Source: Auanema rhodensis (Eukaryota > Animalia > Nematoda). Taken from it: DNA of 64,000 nucleotides. The notes under the pieces are model-generated. The model was given only the letters and a program-made list of their open reading frames with translations. It made no database searches and was not told the DNA's origin. Numbering within the stretch: the first letter of the stretch is position 1; every line of letters starts with the position of its first letter. The position numbers were made by a program, and so were the translations under genes. The stretch lies in the NCBI GenBank assembly GCA_964057225.1, contig OZ059898.1, positions 7,936,001 through 8,000,000 of the forward strand, given 5' to 3'. This document shows positions 40,142-53,543 of the stretch, piece by piece.

Positions 40142-43039
40142 TCCTTTTCAGTCTTCATCTTCATTTCATTCAGTTGTATTGACCATCGTCACAGCTTGTA
40201 GTGTTATAATTGGTAACAAATAGTAGTATGAATGATTTTTTTGTTCATAATAATCAAAATAAAGAAGAAAAAAATGAATAATTATGAAAAATATTGAAGC
40301 CAATCATTATAACTAACCTGGATAACAGGTTTCATTTTCTTCACATAAATTGTCGGTGAGTGTGCAGCCTGTAAATATATAATATTATTTATCTATCTAT
40401 ATATATATAGTTAGAATATACATATTTTATATAATTATAATAATATACATATATCTATGATTTCAAATAATATAATTTTAATTCTTATTTGTTAGGTTTC
40501 ATTTTAAGCTGATTAAGCTTTAAACCATAATCTTATTCATTTCATGTATTGTATTTTAATTATATATTACTATATATTTAATTATTATTATTATTATTAT
40601 TATAATAAATTATTTTTTAAAGTTTATTTTTATTCTTTCAATCCCTTTTAATATATTTTTTTGTCAAAAATAAAGGAAAGAAGAAGAAAAGTTTGCATGT
40701 CATGTGAAAGAAATCAAATCATAAGAATTATATCTTTTGAGTCAAGAAAAGACCTTTATGGATTATCATGAATGAGAGAATACTTATACGATGATGAAAA
40801 AAAAAGAAAAGATGATGAAGAAGTCTTATGAAATATTTCTTCAGAATTTTAAGATTTTCATTTAACTTATTTATGAAATTTTTTTTAAACTGAAAGATCA
40901 TTAATATAGATCTTTTTTGAACAAATGCTTATAAACAAAATTTGATTAAAACCTTGTTGTGACCCAAACCAATTTCAAAGAAAAAAATGTTTTTTTCTAA
41001 GATCCTTATTTGTCCAAATTCCAAATATTCCTTCACATTCGGTTTTAAAATATCAAATTTCCATGAATGTTCTTATGAAAATCCCGTCATCTGACTTTCC
41101 TTTTGGTCATTTTTCTTATAAAATGCCATTCCTCTTTAGTATTTACCTATTTCCTATAAATCTTATGGAGCTCTCGTATAACCAATTTTGAATGAAATAT
41201 TCGTTTGTTGCTGAGTAACAGCAAAAATGATTGGTTTGCAAATGAATATAAGTTTAATTCATAAAATAAAAATATAAATGAAAGAAACTATATGAAAACA
41301 AAAGATTTCATGAGAATATTGAAAAGAAGTTTGATTGGAAAATCAAGTTGTCATCTTAATCTGTCGCATCCATATAGCTAACTCATTGAATATTCTTGCA
41401 CATATTCCCTCTATATTTAACACAAAAAAGAGATAAATATAGAGAGAAAGATAGAGAGAAGGGGGAGGGAGATGTTATTTTTGTTTTCGTGTTGAGCGAA
41501 TTCAATATTTCCGATTGTTTTGATTTCTAACTGTCATAAAAGAAAAAACTTCTATCACTAAATAGCTATATTCAATTTTTTTGTTTTTTTTTTGTTGAAA
41601 AAATAACAGAAAAATAGAATTAAATAATAATAATATATAATTATAAGAAATTAATTTATAATAATCAAACGAATATTATAATAAATCTTAAATTTTTTCT
41701 TGGTTCATATGACATCTTTATCTAAGAATCATACTGTATTTTAATGTAAATTTAATGAAAAATATATAAAGTAGTAGTTAAATTGAATAACGATGAGATA
41801 AATTACTCAAAAATAAAATAAATACTGACACAAATAAATTTAAAGAAAGAATAATTAAGAATACAAATTATAAATAAACATCAAAGATCAATCAAATTCA
41901 ACATCCACCCCCCCCCCTTATTTCATTTTGTTTTTATTCTTTTTAGAATAAAAAATAGAAATTCAATTGGAATTTTTCTATTTCATTTCAATTAGTCACG
42001 AATGCGAATTTAAGGATTATAGTTGATGAAGAATGATTTGAAAGATTGTGTTCAAATATTCTTCAATGCAATCTTAATATTCAAAAGAATTTAAAGTTTC
42101 AAATTAATCTTTTCGAGATTATTTCACATAATTTATTATAAATAATAGATTATATAAAAAAAAAAGATTTTTATTTGTATTTATAATTCTTTGATCTTTC
42201 AATCGATTTGTAACATATACTATATAATATATTTATATTATTATACTATATAAGTATAAATTAAAAAGTTAATTAAACAAAGAATATTTTAATTATAATT
42301 ATAGAATATCCCCTCCTCACATCCCTCATATAAGTGAATATTCATAATCGAAAATGCAATAAAAGACTTGAGATGTGGTCTCATCCACATATATGTATAT
42401 ACGAACTGTCACATGCTTACTAGAACATTCATCATCATTTTCATTTTTCTATTTAAGTTAAATAGAATAATAATGAAAAGCATAAACTAATAAAATAAAT
42501 TATTATAATTAACTGTATATATATATATACTATATACTATAAAAATAATAATAATATAATTGTCCTTAATATTCTAAAGATAAATGAATATTCTTATTTA
42601 TAATAGATATATTACATAGTTTTAAATATAATAAATTCATTTTACATCATTACTATATATCTATATATTCTATTTTAAGAATAAAAAATTGAGTTATATT
42701 ATTCTATATAGCTTTTAACTATACAAAATTCTTTTTTTTGTGTTAAAAGACACGTAATATAGTATATATATAGAAATAGAGAATTAGTCCAATTATCATT
42801 ATTTATTTATTTTTTTGTATTTTCTAATTAATATTATTATTTATTTTCATATTATTAAGATTAACAAATGCAATTTTCAAAATTTAAATGAAATGTTACC
42901 AAGTTTAGAAATCAATGTACTAAAATGGATCAAAGTTCTTATAAAGTTACATATATACATGTATAATAGTATATATGGGTATGTAATATAATTGTTTCGA
43001 TTTTAACTAAAAAAGGAATAGAGAGAGATAGAGATAGAA

Positions 43040-43090
<51 letters not shown>

Positions 43091-44713
43091 GAGAGAGAGA
43101 TAGAGAATGGAACATTAAAAGTAGCCTTAAGCAATTTTATTTCCCCCCTCCATCTTGTTTCTTGTTAAAAGTTCTTTAAAACTTTTTCTGAAACAAAAAT
43201 TTGTAATAAGTTTGTAACAACTTTTCAAAATATTTTGTTCATTTTCACACAAACACACACACACACACACAAAACTTATCAGCAACAATGAAAGTTTCTT
43301 TGTTTTCTTCAGAAAATTTTGTATGTCAATGGGCTATAACAATCATTTATTGGCTACTTAAAGATGAATACATATATAGTATAGTATAGTATAATATAGT
43401 TATATTTAAACTATATATTTATAGTTAAAAAAAGAAATATTTTCTTCCTTATTGTTTTCTTTTTTAAAGTTAAAGATGTGTGTACTTACATACCATACAT
43501 GCATATATCTACGAAGAAGAATTCTAAAACGTTATAACTTTTAAAATTAGTCTATGATGACAATTTCTTTCTAAGAAATTCCATGAAAAGAAGTTAAATT
43601 TTAGAAATAGTTAATGAGAATTTATTATTCATAAAGTTATGTTAACTATATAATCAATATGTATCTTTTTCATATGATTAGATAGCATTATATGCTATTA
43701 TATATTCAATTTGATCATTTTTGTTCATTTTTTTGTCATTTTTTTATCGTTTTTGTTTGAATTTTAAGATACCTCATCATATGAAAGCAAGGATCGTATT
43801 TCCTTTTCTTTGTTCTTATTCACTATCAATATGTATTTTGCAGTTTATATACATAGGGAATCATATATGAATGTGGATTTATTTCAACATTTTGTTTTAG
43901 AAAAGATGTAAAATTAGAAGAAATCTACAAGAAAAAAGATCAAAAATGAAATGAAACAATAGCTTTGTGGAGTTGATGAAATAAGGAAAAGCATCATTCA
44001 AAACACATATGAAATACCTCTTGACCTTTTTTTGGAAATATTATTGAAGTGTTCCAAATGTTTCAAAAATAAATATAAAGAAGTAATTAGAATAGGATAA
44101 GAGATGAAAATTCATTCATCATGTTCAGATAAGCTTCAGCGTAATCTTTCTTTCAAGAGATGTCCTTTCAAAAATTTTTTTCATTAAATCCTTTTGTCTT
44201 TCTTTTATTTTTTTTCTTCTGCAGTCAAACAATATAGATAGAAAATGAACTATATTATATGGAATAAGAATATAGTTTTAGATATTTCATGAAATTTCAA
44301 CATTTTTGATCAAAAATATATGAATGATGTAAAGATACATCATAGAAGATAAGAATATGTATATGTGTTTATACATATAATACTATGTATGTTTCATTTC
44401 TTATAAATAATATTTCTTATTATATTCAGATTTCTGATAATCATTCATCATTCAATAACATCATCATCATCATCATTATTATTATTAAAGAATAGAAAGA
44501 ATAATTAAATGAATCTTCGTTAATTGTATTTCATATAAAAGAAAATAGTTTTTTTTAATTTAAATATTGTTTTCATGCTTGAAAAAAGAATAAAAAATTT
44601 AGTTTTCAAAAGATTGTCCTAACTACAGTATAATTATATTCAGGGAAGATGATAAACAGTAAAAAAATGCTATTGCTTCAATTGATAATTTATAGGAAAA
44701 ATAAATAAATGTA

Positions 44714-44752
<39 letters not shown>

Positions 44753-47700
44753 TATAAATATCCCTCCTTTCTCTCTCGTCATCTACTCAAAAACTTCTAT
44801 AAGTTATTCAAAAACAACAACAACAACAACAACAATATTGGCTTTACAGGACATCGAAAGCCAACTGAAAACCTTTAAATCTTCTCAAAAGACTAACTCC
44901 ATCATCATCATATAACACTTTGTTTTCTAGTCGTTTAGTCGTTATAACTATGTATCAGTTGTTCTAGCTGTTATTGGTACACAGGAAAGCTCACGCAGGC
45001 ACAAAAGTTGTTACTACTACTACTACTAGTAGTAGTAGTAGTAGTAGTATTGCTATTACTACGTAGTTAAAGCATAATTTATACCAATAATTGTATAAAT
45101 ATATTGAAGATATTATACATATTTCATTATATAAAATGCTTTTCAATTTAATTTCATATTTGATTAGCCAGTTGACCCAATATGGCCGGCAATGCAGTGT
45201 ATCTTTTAGTGAGTCATCTACAAATTGCCATTGTGTCATTTGAAAAAGCATCTGATTCAAAATGCAACCAAGAACGAAGCTTTCCTTGTTGTTCCCTCAA
45301 AAAAATATGGACATTTGTACAGCTTTTCCGGCCTTTTGTGGATTTTATTCTTTTCTAGCCACATCCTTTTCCAGCCCTTCTCCTTTACTTTCAATCCCTA
45401 TTATACAATGCGTTTCTTAACAAAAAAAAAGAGAAAAGTTGAAGATACTAAACGTAAAATATAAAAACAACAACTAAATATACTAATATACATATATAGG
45501 TATATATAGGTATATATAGTATACATATCTTCATCCTTTTTTACAATTTCTTCTTATCAACCTTAGATGAATAATCTGATATTTTCAAAAATAAAACATA
45601 TCAAAATGAAATTAATAAATGTAGTATTGTGATAATCAGAAGTAAAAAATCTTTCTTGAACGATCCACGCTGTAATCTCGTGAAAAGTAAAAAATAATAT
45701 TATATATACATATATAATAATATATAATCGGATGAAATAGTATTCAATAAAAGATTTTTAAAATTCTATTAGTACATATTATTTTATTATTAAATATCTA
45801 TCTATATATCAAACTAACTAATATAATTTATAGCTGATTATATATTTTTTCATTAATTTTCTTTCCTGCATTTCTAACTATACTGATTATATTTCAATTC
45901 CAATTCTTCAAATACATTTTGTTCTACAACTATAGTAATAGTAGTACATATATACATACATACTTACTAAAGATATGAATTTGATGCAAAAAAGGCTTCA
46001 AAAGATTTTGTATTAGGAAATTGAGAAGCGTGAGTGGGTGAACGAGAGAGAGAGAAAGAGAGAGAGAGAAAGAGAGGCAAAGAGAGATAGAGGGGATGGG
46101 AGAGAGAGCGAAAAAACGAAGCCGTAGGAGAGTTTATTGAGTACAACGCAACGAATTTTTTATCCCCGAGTTTAGTAAGTTGTTTTGAGCTTTTCATTTT
46201 GCATCTAGCACTAAATCTCCTTTATTCTCTCGTATCAGTCAGTGTTCCGATCGTATATAACCAGACTTCACCATTTTCGTTTTGATGATGGACTATCATC
46301 AACTTCATCAAATACGAGGCAAATGAATAAGAAAATGAAATTTATGGGAGGAAATTATAAGAAAATAAATTTTTTTTTGTTTAAAATGAAGGCTAATCTT
46401 ATCGTATTTAAGGTTTACGATAGGAAAATAAAAAAAAGATATAATGTAAGTGTTATAGTCACAAATAGAATCAACAAGATTCATCTTAATCGAAACATTT
46501 CCGATTTTTTTTTGTTTCGTTTAGTTTAGGTTTTAAGATATAACATAGAATATTTAGGAATGAATAAAAATATTAATATAAGAATATAATTACAAGAAAA
46601 GGTTATAAACGCTTTCAACTTTCAAGCAATTTCTTTAAGTTTTTCATTATGTTTAAACTTAAATAATTCTCGATTCTTTCGTCCTTTCCCTATTTTTTTT
46701 AATATTCATTTATTTGGTATGTTTTCAAATATTTACTATAATAACTAAAAAATATTTGATATCATCATATAAATAATATTTCTTTATTTTATATAAAATA
46801 TATACATATAGTATATATACTATATCCATGATTGCTTATATTCTCTTATGTTCCAAAGATCTAAGATGATGTATCTCGGATATTTGTATACGCAGAAGCT
46901 CATGTCTGTGCCTGTGCGTGCACGACATCGAAACGAAACCCCAAGGAACGAAAGGAACGAACTAGCGAACGGCTTTCCTGATGGCGACAACCACTTTAGC
47001 AAGCGGCTACATCGACGGGGATGACGGCAAAAACAACAAAGCCTTCAAAGCATAAAGACACCCGAAAAACAGTGGCTGACGACTGCCATATGTGCTAATG
47101 TACATCTACGAATGCGATGCTTGAAAAGCAACGCTGCATCGTAGGTGGTCGTTTGTCTGAAATCATCATCAACTGCCTAAGCAGCTCAATCCTTTTGGGC
47201 ATCATTCCATCTCTTCATCTAGCTTGTTGATTTTTAGAGGAAAAACATTATTTTTCTCCGTTTTTCTTCTTTTCAAGCAATATATACTTATCGTATATGT
47301 TCAGACGGAATAGAAAAATAGCGAAATTAGTAAGAGCTTGAGCAGTAATTTTTGAGAAAAATTAAATGATTTGTTGATCAGCTCACAAATAATTTTATGC
47401 TAGAATAAATAAAACTTGACATAAATGGATGATTTTATTATATATATATATATATATATATATAGTTAATAGAAATACTATTCTGTTTTATATGAAATGC
47501 TCACATTTTATTCAATTTATATGGCTTATATGATGGAGTAAACAATACGTTAATCTGCAATGAGATAACGTCTTGGAAACAGTGTAAAGCTTCTTTCCTT
47601 CCTTATCATATTATTGAATCAGGATTTGTGGCTATTTAACTATACATGTATAGTTAAATATATAAATATGATATGACGTCAATCAAATCATGGACTTGAC

Positions 47701-50700
47701 ACATTCAGCATAGGCTAAATTAATCTGCTGCAACTTTTTTCGTTCCAATGTCCGAAGCTTAAACTTTCAAATAAAAAGAAGTTTCTCGCGGTTTTTGAGG
47801 TCTTACTGGATAGCTTTCCGTTAGCAAGGCTGTTATTGAAATTATATTTCTAAAGAATTAAAATTAGAAATATATATATATATATTTGGATATGTTTAGA
47901 TGAGTATATTCAAATAATATATATAATATAAAGAACTTTTTTTAGTTACAAAAAAAAAGAAAAAAACTGCAAATTCTGTTCCCCTGTTTTCTCATTTTCC
48001 TAACCAACTTGACACTCTCTGCCTGTCTGGTTGGCTGTGTCTGCCAGTATGTGTTTATGTGCTTGAATGATCTTGCACAGCAAAACTGACGTCCATTTCT
48101 TCCCAATGAACGCAACTATCATTTCATACAATAGAAAAAGAATTATAATTATATAATATAGATTAAATCTTATTTCAATTTCATTTTAAATATTAACTAT
48201 ATAAGATTCTTTTGTATATTTCTATTCTTTTTATAAATATACTTTTGCATTTATAACATTTTCATATACTTTTCTATATAGTACAATTTTCTTAACAGAA
48301 ACAAAAAAAATATAGAAATAATATGAAAATAAGAATATATATGCATATGTATTTGAAGAAAAAGTAAAAATATTTGGATTTTTAACTAACTAACTATCTA
48401 TATATCTATATTAGTATATATAAGAATGATAGAAAGTAGTTATATAATCAAAAAAAAAAGAAATTAGTGATCTTATACATAGATGTGAAAAGAATTTTCT
48501 TCGCAGCTTTGTATATAGTTTTCCTTTTCTTCTTCTTCTTCTTTTTTTTTCTTTTGCCCATCGAAAACATATCGTAAATGAAGTTTTCAATTCAAAATTT
48601 AATATAAGTTTATCGATACGCATAGTAACTATTATATTTTGATGATATAGTTAGGCCTAAGATAGATGATACCGTAGAAATTGCCTACATATGATGGTAC
48701 TGTATGTTATGATGAACATCATATGAAGATTAAGATAGAAGGTTAAAGTGGATAGTTGGGAGATAGAGAGAGAGATAGAGAGATAGAGAGAGAAAACAAA
48801 AAACCTATGAGGTTCTTCTAATAAACTTAATAGATGGATGCCTATTAGAAAAACTATTTTAGGCATCAACAGGAGACTTTTTTGGTTATTCTATAAATGG
48901 AAAGAAAGAGTACGAGATTAAGAGAGAGAGAGAGAGAGAAAGAGAGAGAATGAGGACCTGAAGTTGTCAAGAAATAGAGTGCTTTTAGAATAATACTTCA
49001 TTTAGTATTTGACATACAAATGTCGGTAACAGCAACAACTCAGACATTTGATGCACTTAGGAAGAGCAGAATTAGCTGAAAATCATTGAACAGGACAATT
49101 TATGAAAACAGAGAAATGTCTTATGAAAAAAGCAAATAATTCTAAAAAGATTTTATTTTCATAAATGCTTATGAATGTGTCCCTGTAATTTCATCTTTCA
49201 GATGTTCAACAAGTTTGTTCATTTGTCTCAAACATATTCACAAATCAGTCAAGCCAGGTTGAACAAGACTCTCATGTGGCACATGAAAAGTGCGTCTGAA
49301 ATCGATTTTTATCTGAACTTTCTTTCTCATTAGTATTTCCTTATGGAGCAGAATATAGAAAAATAACAATTTTTTGCTACAACGTTATGATTTTCGGTTT
49401 CTCATAGCTTTCTTATAGATTCATCCCAGCACGAACTTTCCCAAGTCATACATTTTCAATGAAAACATGGATGATTTTCGCTTTCAGCATTTCAATGACT
49501 TATAGGCTTCAGATTTAAAGAGTTTCAGTTGCTCATCCCATTTGATTATACTTGGCTTTACTTTCCTCGAGAATTTGAGTTACACTTCCCTTCTGCTCTT
49601 TCTCTATTCCTCTCCTTTTGCACTCTTCCCCTTAACTCAACATCTCCGCTTACGCTCCCTTCTCTTCATCTGCATCTTCATTTTCTTCGTTCACTCAGTT
49701 CTATTTTAGATTAGATTGATGGGGATTTGATACCGTTTTAGGAAATTAGTTAAAATGAATGAAAAAGCCAACGAATAAAGATGAAACAATAAATTTTAAA
49801 CTCAAAAAGGCGGAAGAAATAGAAGTAATAGTATTAGATATATGTATATATATACATATACCTATCGTACTTTATGATCATAACATCTAGAAAATACAAT
49901 TATATAATATCAAAGATGAATAATCTAATACATGAATAAATAAATGTATTTATATATATAACTCTCAATGTTTTTCCCCTTCTCATCATCACATTCATCA
50001 TCGTCATCATCTTCATCCTCTCTTTCCTTTTCTTTTTTCCGAATTGCCCTCGTTTGCGTGTAAAGTTATTTTGATTTTGTGCTATTTAAGTAGTTGCTTC
50101 TTTAGTAATGTATGTGACAACGACAAAATGAACGGAAAGTGTTGGAATGAGTGAAGCTATTCAACAGCAACTTCGTATATTCATACTATCCTTAGACGTC
50201 AGTCAGGATGTTCTCTTATTCTTAAATGTTCAAATTCCTTTCAAAATCTGTTCATTTTCTTTTTCAGTACCTAAGGAGAAGAAAAAAAGAAAAGTTGTCA
50301 GAAAAAAGCTTTGATCGTTAAAGAGCCCTGAGGGCAAACTGATGGCAGCCAAAAGGAGCTATGTCGCAAAGCCAGACGACGAGAGAGCATTGACATAGAC
50401 TTCAGCCAAACCCAACCGTGGCAGACGAAACGAGAAAGAGGCATTAGCAAAATCACGTATTGAATTTCATGAGAAAATGCTTTCATATAAGATGGAGAAG
50501 AATTAAGTTAACATTGAAAGCGTATATCTTTCAGTATGGCAAAAATGGATGATTTCCTTCTTTGCCATCATGACTACTTCCAGAATCTTTTGAGCATTAC
50601 AGCATTGCCAGAAATAGAGGGAAAGAGCAAGAGAGCAATAATGACGACAAGAATGTACTTTAAGCATAACAACAAGCTAAAACTGAAAAGCAAATCTGTT

Positions 50701-53491
50701 TGTTGGTTTTATGTTTCCTTATTCTTCATCACATATGCATAGTGATTGACAAAAGATAATATCATCTGAAGAAGAAGAAGAAGAGGAAGAAATAAAGTGA
50801 GATTGATTGATCAAAAAGATTAAAAAATAAAAGAAGAAAAAAAATATTTTTTTATACTATTTTTTATTTTATTTTTCTTTAAAATGTAAATATTATATTT
50901 AAATTCGCTTGTTTTAAGCAAAAAAGATTATAAAGATGTTCATCATGGCATTCCCTCCGAGAGTGATTGAGCTAAACTTCATTCTGTTAAAGCTTTACGT
51001 CGACAGAAAACTTCTTTAGAACTTCTTTGAAGTAGGCCAAGTAAAAGCCATTGAGCTTTACACCAAAACCAATATTTCAAGGATTTTCAGAATAGTTGGG
51101 TAGAAAGAAGAGCATTCTTAAGCTAAAAAAAGATTCTTTTTACAAGCTCTACACCCCCCCCCCTCTCGTAGGCTTCTTCAACGTCAATGTCTTTTCATTC
51201 TCTCTCTCTCTCCCTCTCTCTCTTTATCTATATATTTTCTGTTACTACCCTCTCCAGCATTTCCACCAGTCTCAATCTCATTTGCATTCGATGTGTCTTA
51301 ACCTCATAGGCGTTAGCATCCATATCTGTATTTAGAATTTCTCATGACGTCATGCAGCTTATACTATGACGTGATTCAGTATGCCAGAGAACTACAGACA
51401 ATTCTTTTCAAATTCATATGATACTTCTAACCTTCGTAATTCCTCTCCAGCCTATGTTTTTAGACGTTTTCATATCCCCCCCCCCTTCTATTCAATTTGG
51501 AAGTTCAGTTAAAGCGATTCCAAACACATTTATTTTTGTATTTGTTTAATTCGTCATTAGACTACAATGCTTCAAGTCGACTTAATTTCATTTTTTAAAT
51601 TTTCATTCATTCTATTGTCAACGAGGTTTGATGCACCAACTTCAACTTCAGCAGATTTAGTTGTTTCGAGTTGTAAGGAGGGGGCGGAGGAGGCTTTGAC
51701 GTCATCTATATAACATATGACGTCATATTGTAATGAAAAGCCATACATAGAAGGAGATGTGTTAACGTTCGTTAGCTATTGCCATTATAACAGCATATTA
51801 GGAACATAAGGTAAAAAATGTGATTGAGGTCAGAAAAATTCCATTTAAAGTAAATCTGATGCAAAACTGATGTACGTGATCGGTTGAAAGTATTTCAAAT
51901 ATCTAGTAATGATATAACTTATGTTTACTAAGATTCAATCGTAGGTTTCAGACATTTAAATTGCAAAATACAACTTGAATTAGCCAAAAAGAAGGATGAT
52001 GACGTATAACATCAGCAACAGGATGAACAATAATATTCAAAAAGTGCATGAATAAAATAAAAAAATAGAATTATTTAATTCCTAAAGTCCATTTTCCATT
52101 TCGTTGACTAATTTTTATTTCCAAAAAAGAAGTAAAGAAAAACAAAAATAGAATTTTATAATCATTATATATTGTAATAGAAGCAATAATTGTCCTTTTT
52201 TTTGTTTGTAAATAATTCATAAATTTTGAATATTATTTAAGTATATTTTACTTAATCATAAATTAAATTTTTCTTGTAATATGGTATAATCTGGATAACA
52301 TCATGTTATAGTTATTCTATTTAGTATTTGGAATTAGTATATGTATGTAGTTAGTTAATATTTGAAAATCTTTGAAGCACATGAGCTACATTTGTCATAA
52401 TTCGTCATTGTGAAGCTTTTTCGTCATCATTCCTCGTACTTATTCCGTTTCTAGCTTTTTGATTCAACTATCTCAAGATTTTCCTTTTAGCCAATGCGGA
52501 GATGTCGGAAAAAAAAACAAAAAAAAACAAAAAATGATATATGACTTTAAATAATAGTCTGATGATAGATGGAGCAAAAGCACCGGATAGCTTTAGTAAG
52601 TAGGAAAAACTTTTCGAAATTCATGGTATGAGAGTAACTTCCATTTCAATTTCAAATATGAAGAGATTGAACAAGGTTCGACTGGTCATAGAACAAGAGA
52701 GTTAGAGAAAATTGACTAAAGGAAGAACAATGTTATAGAGTAAGCTGACCGAGATGAAAAGTATAAAATGAGAGAAAATGATTGAATTAAAGTTCCGTTT
52801 TCAAACCTCAATTTTGATATAATTCAAATGAAAATTGGTATATTCGAACTACTAAATCTAATTGTTTTCTAGATGCACCTGTTATTGGTTCAATAGTTAA
52901 TGGGTAGAATATTTGATGATGATGTTGGAGGGAAGAAAAACGACTAAATAGATCGAGCACTCAAATGTGAAATTAGAAATATAGCGAGAAAGTACGAGAG
53001 ACATAGAGAGGGCAGGTAAGGAGAATATGGACATGAGAAGAGAGATATGAATCAATTGAGGTAGAGAGAGACAGAGAGAGGAAAAAGAGAAAGATATACG
53101 ATGGATGATATCCCGAGGCAATAAGCTCGATTGAGGGTGAAGGCTAGAGAAAGGAACTAAGCCAATAAACGAGGAAGAAATGGCAAATGACCAGATATAG
53201 GAAGAACAGATGAGCAGATAATTTGAATAAGCTTCCATCTATATATTCATGTATTTGAACGGCCAAATGATGATACCTAAGCAACGGCTATGAATATATA
53301 TCCGATGCACATATCCTCCTTCAGGCTATATATTCGGTATATAACAATAAATACGTCAAGAGATTAACTTAATGAAAAGAGGAAAGTCTTTAAGAGAACG
53401 GGAGATGAAAGAAGAGATCACGTAATGAGATTTTAGGTTATTCCTTGCTCGATAATACTTGTATCAAAGCTAAACATAGCTTATGAAGCCA

Positions 53492-53543
<52 letters not shown>

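Noticed and set aside
44991-45260. Hydrophobic ORF end ([14 protein letters not shown]) as the ida-1 signal-peptide exon
   Set aside because: It is a TAC/TAG microsatellite, and its donor is phase 2 whereas exon 2 needs phase 1. The exon at 56955-57015 fits both phase and homology.
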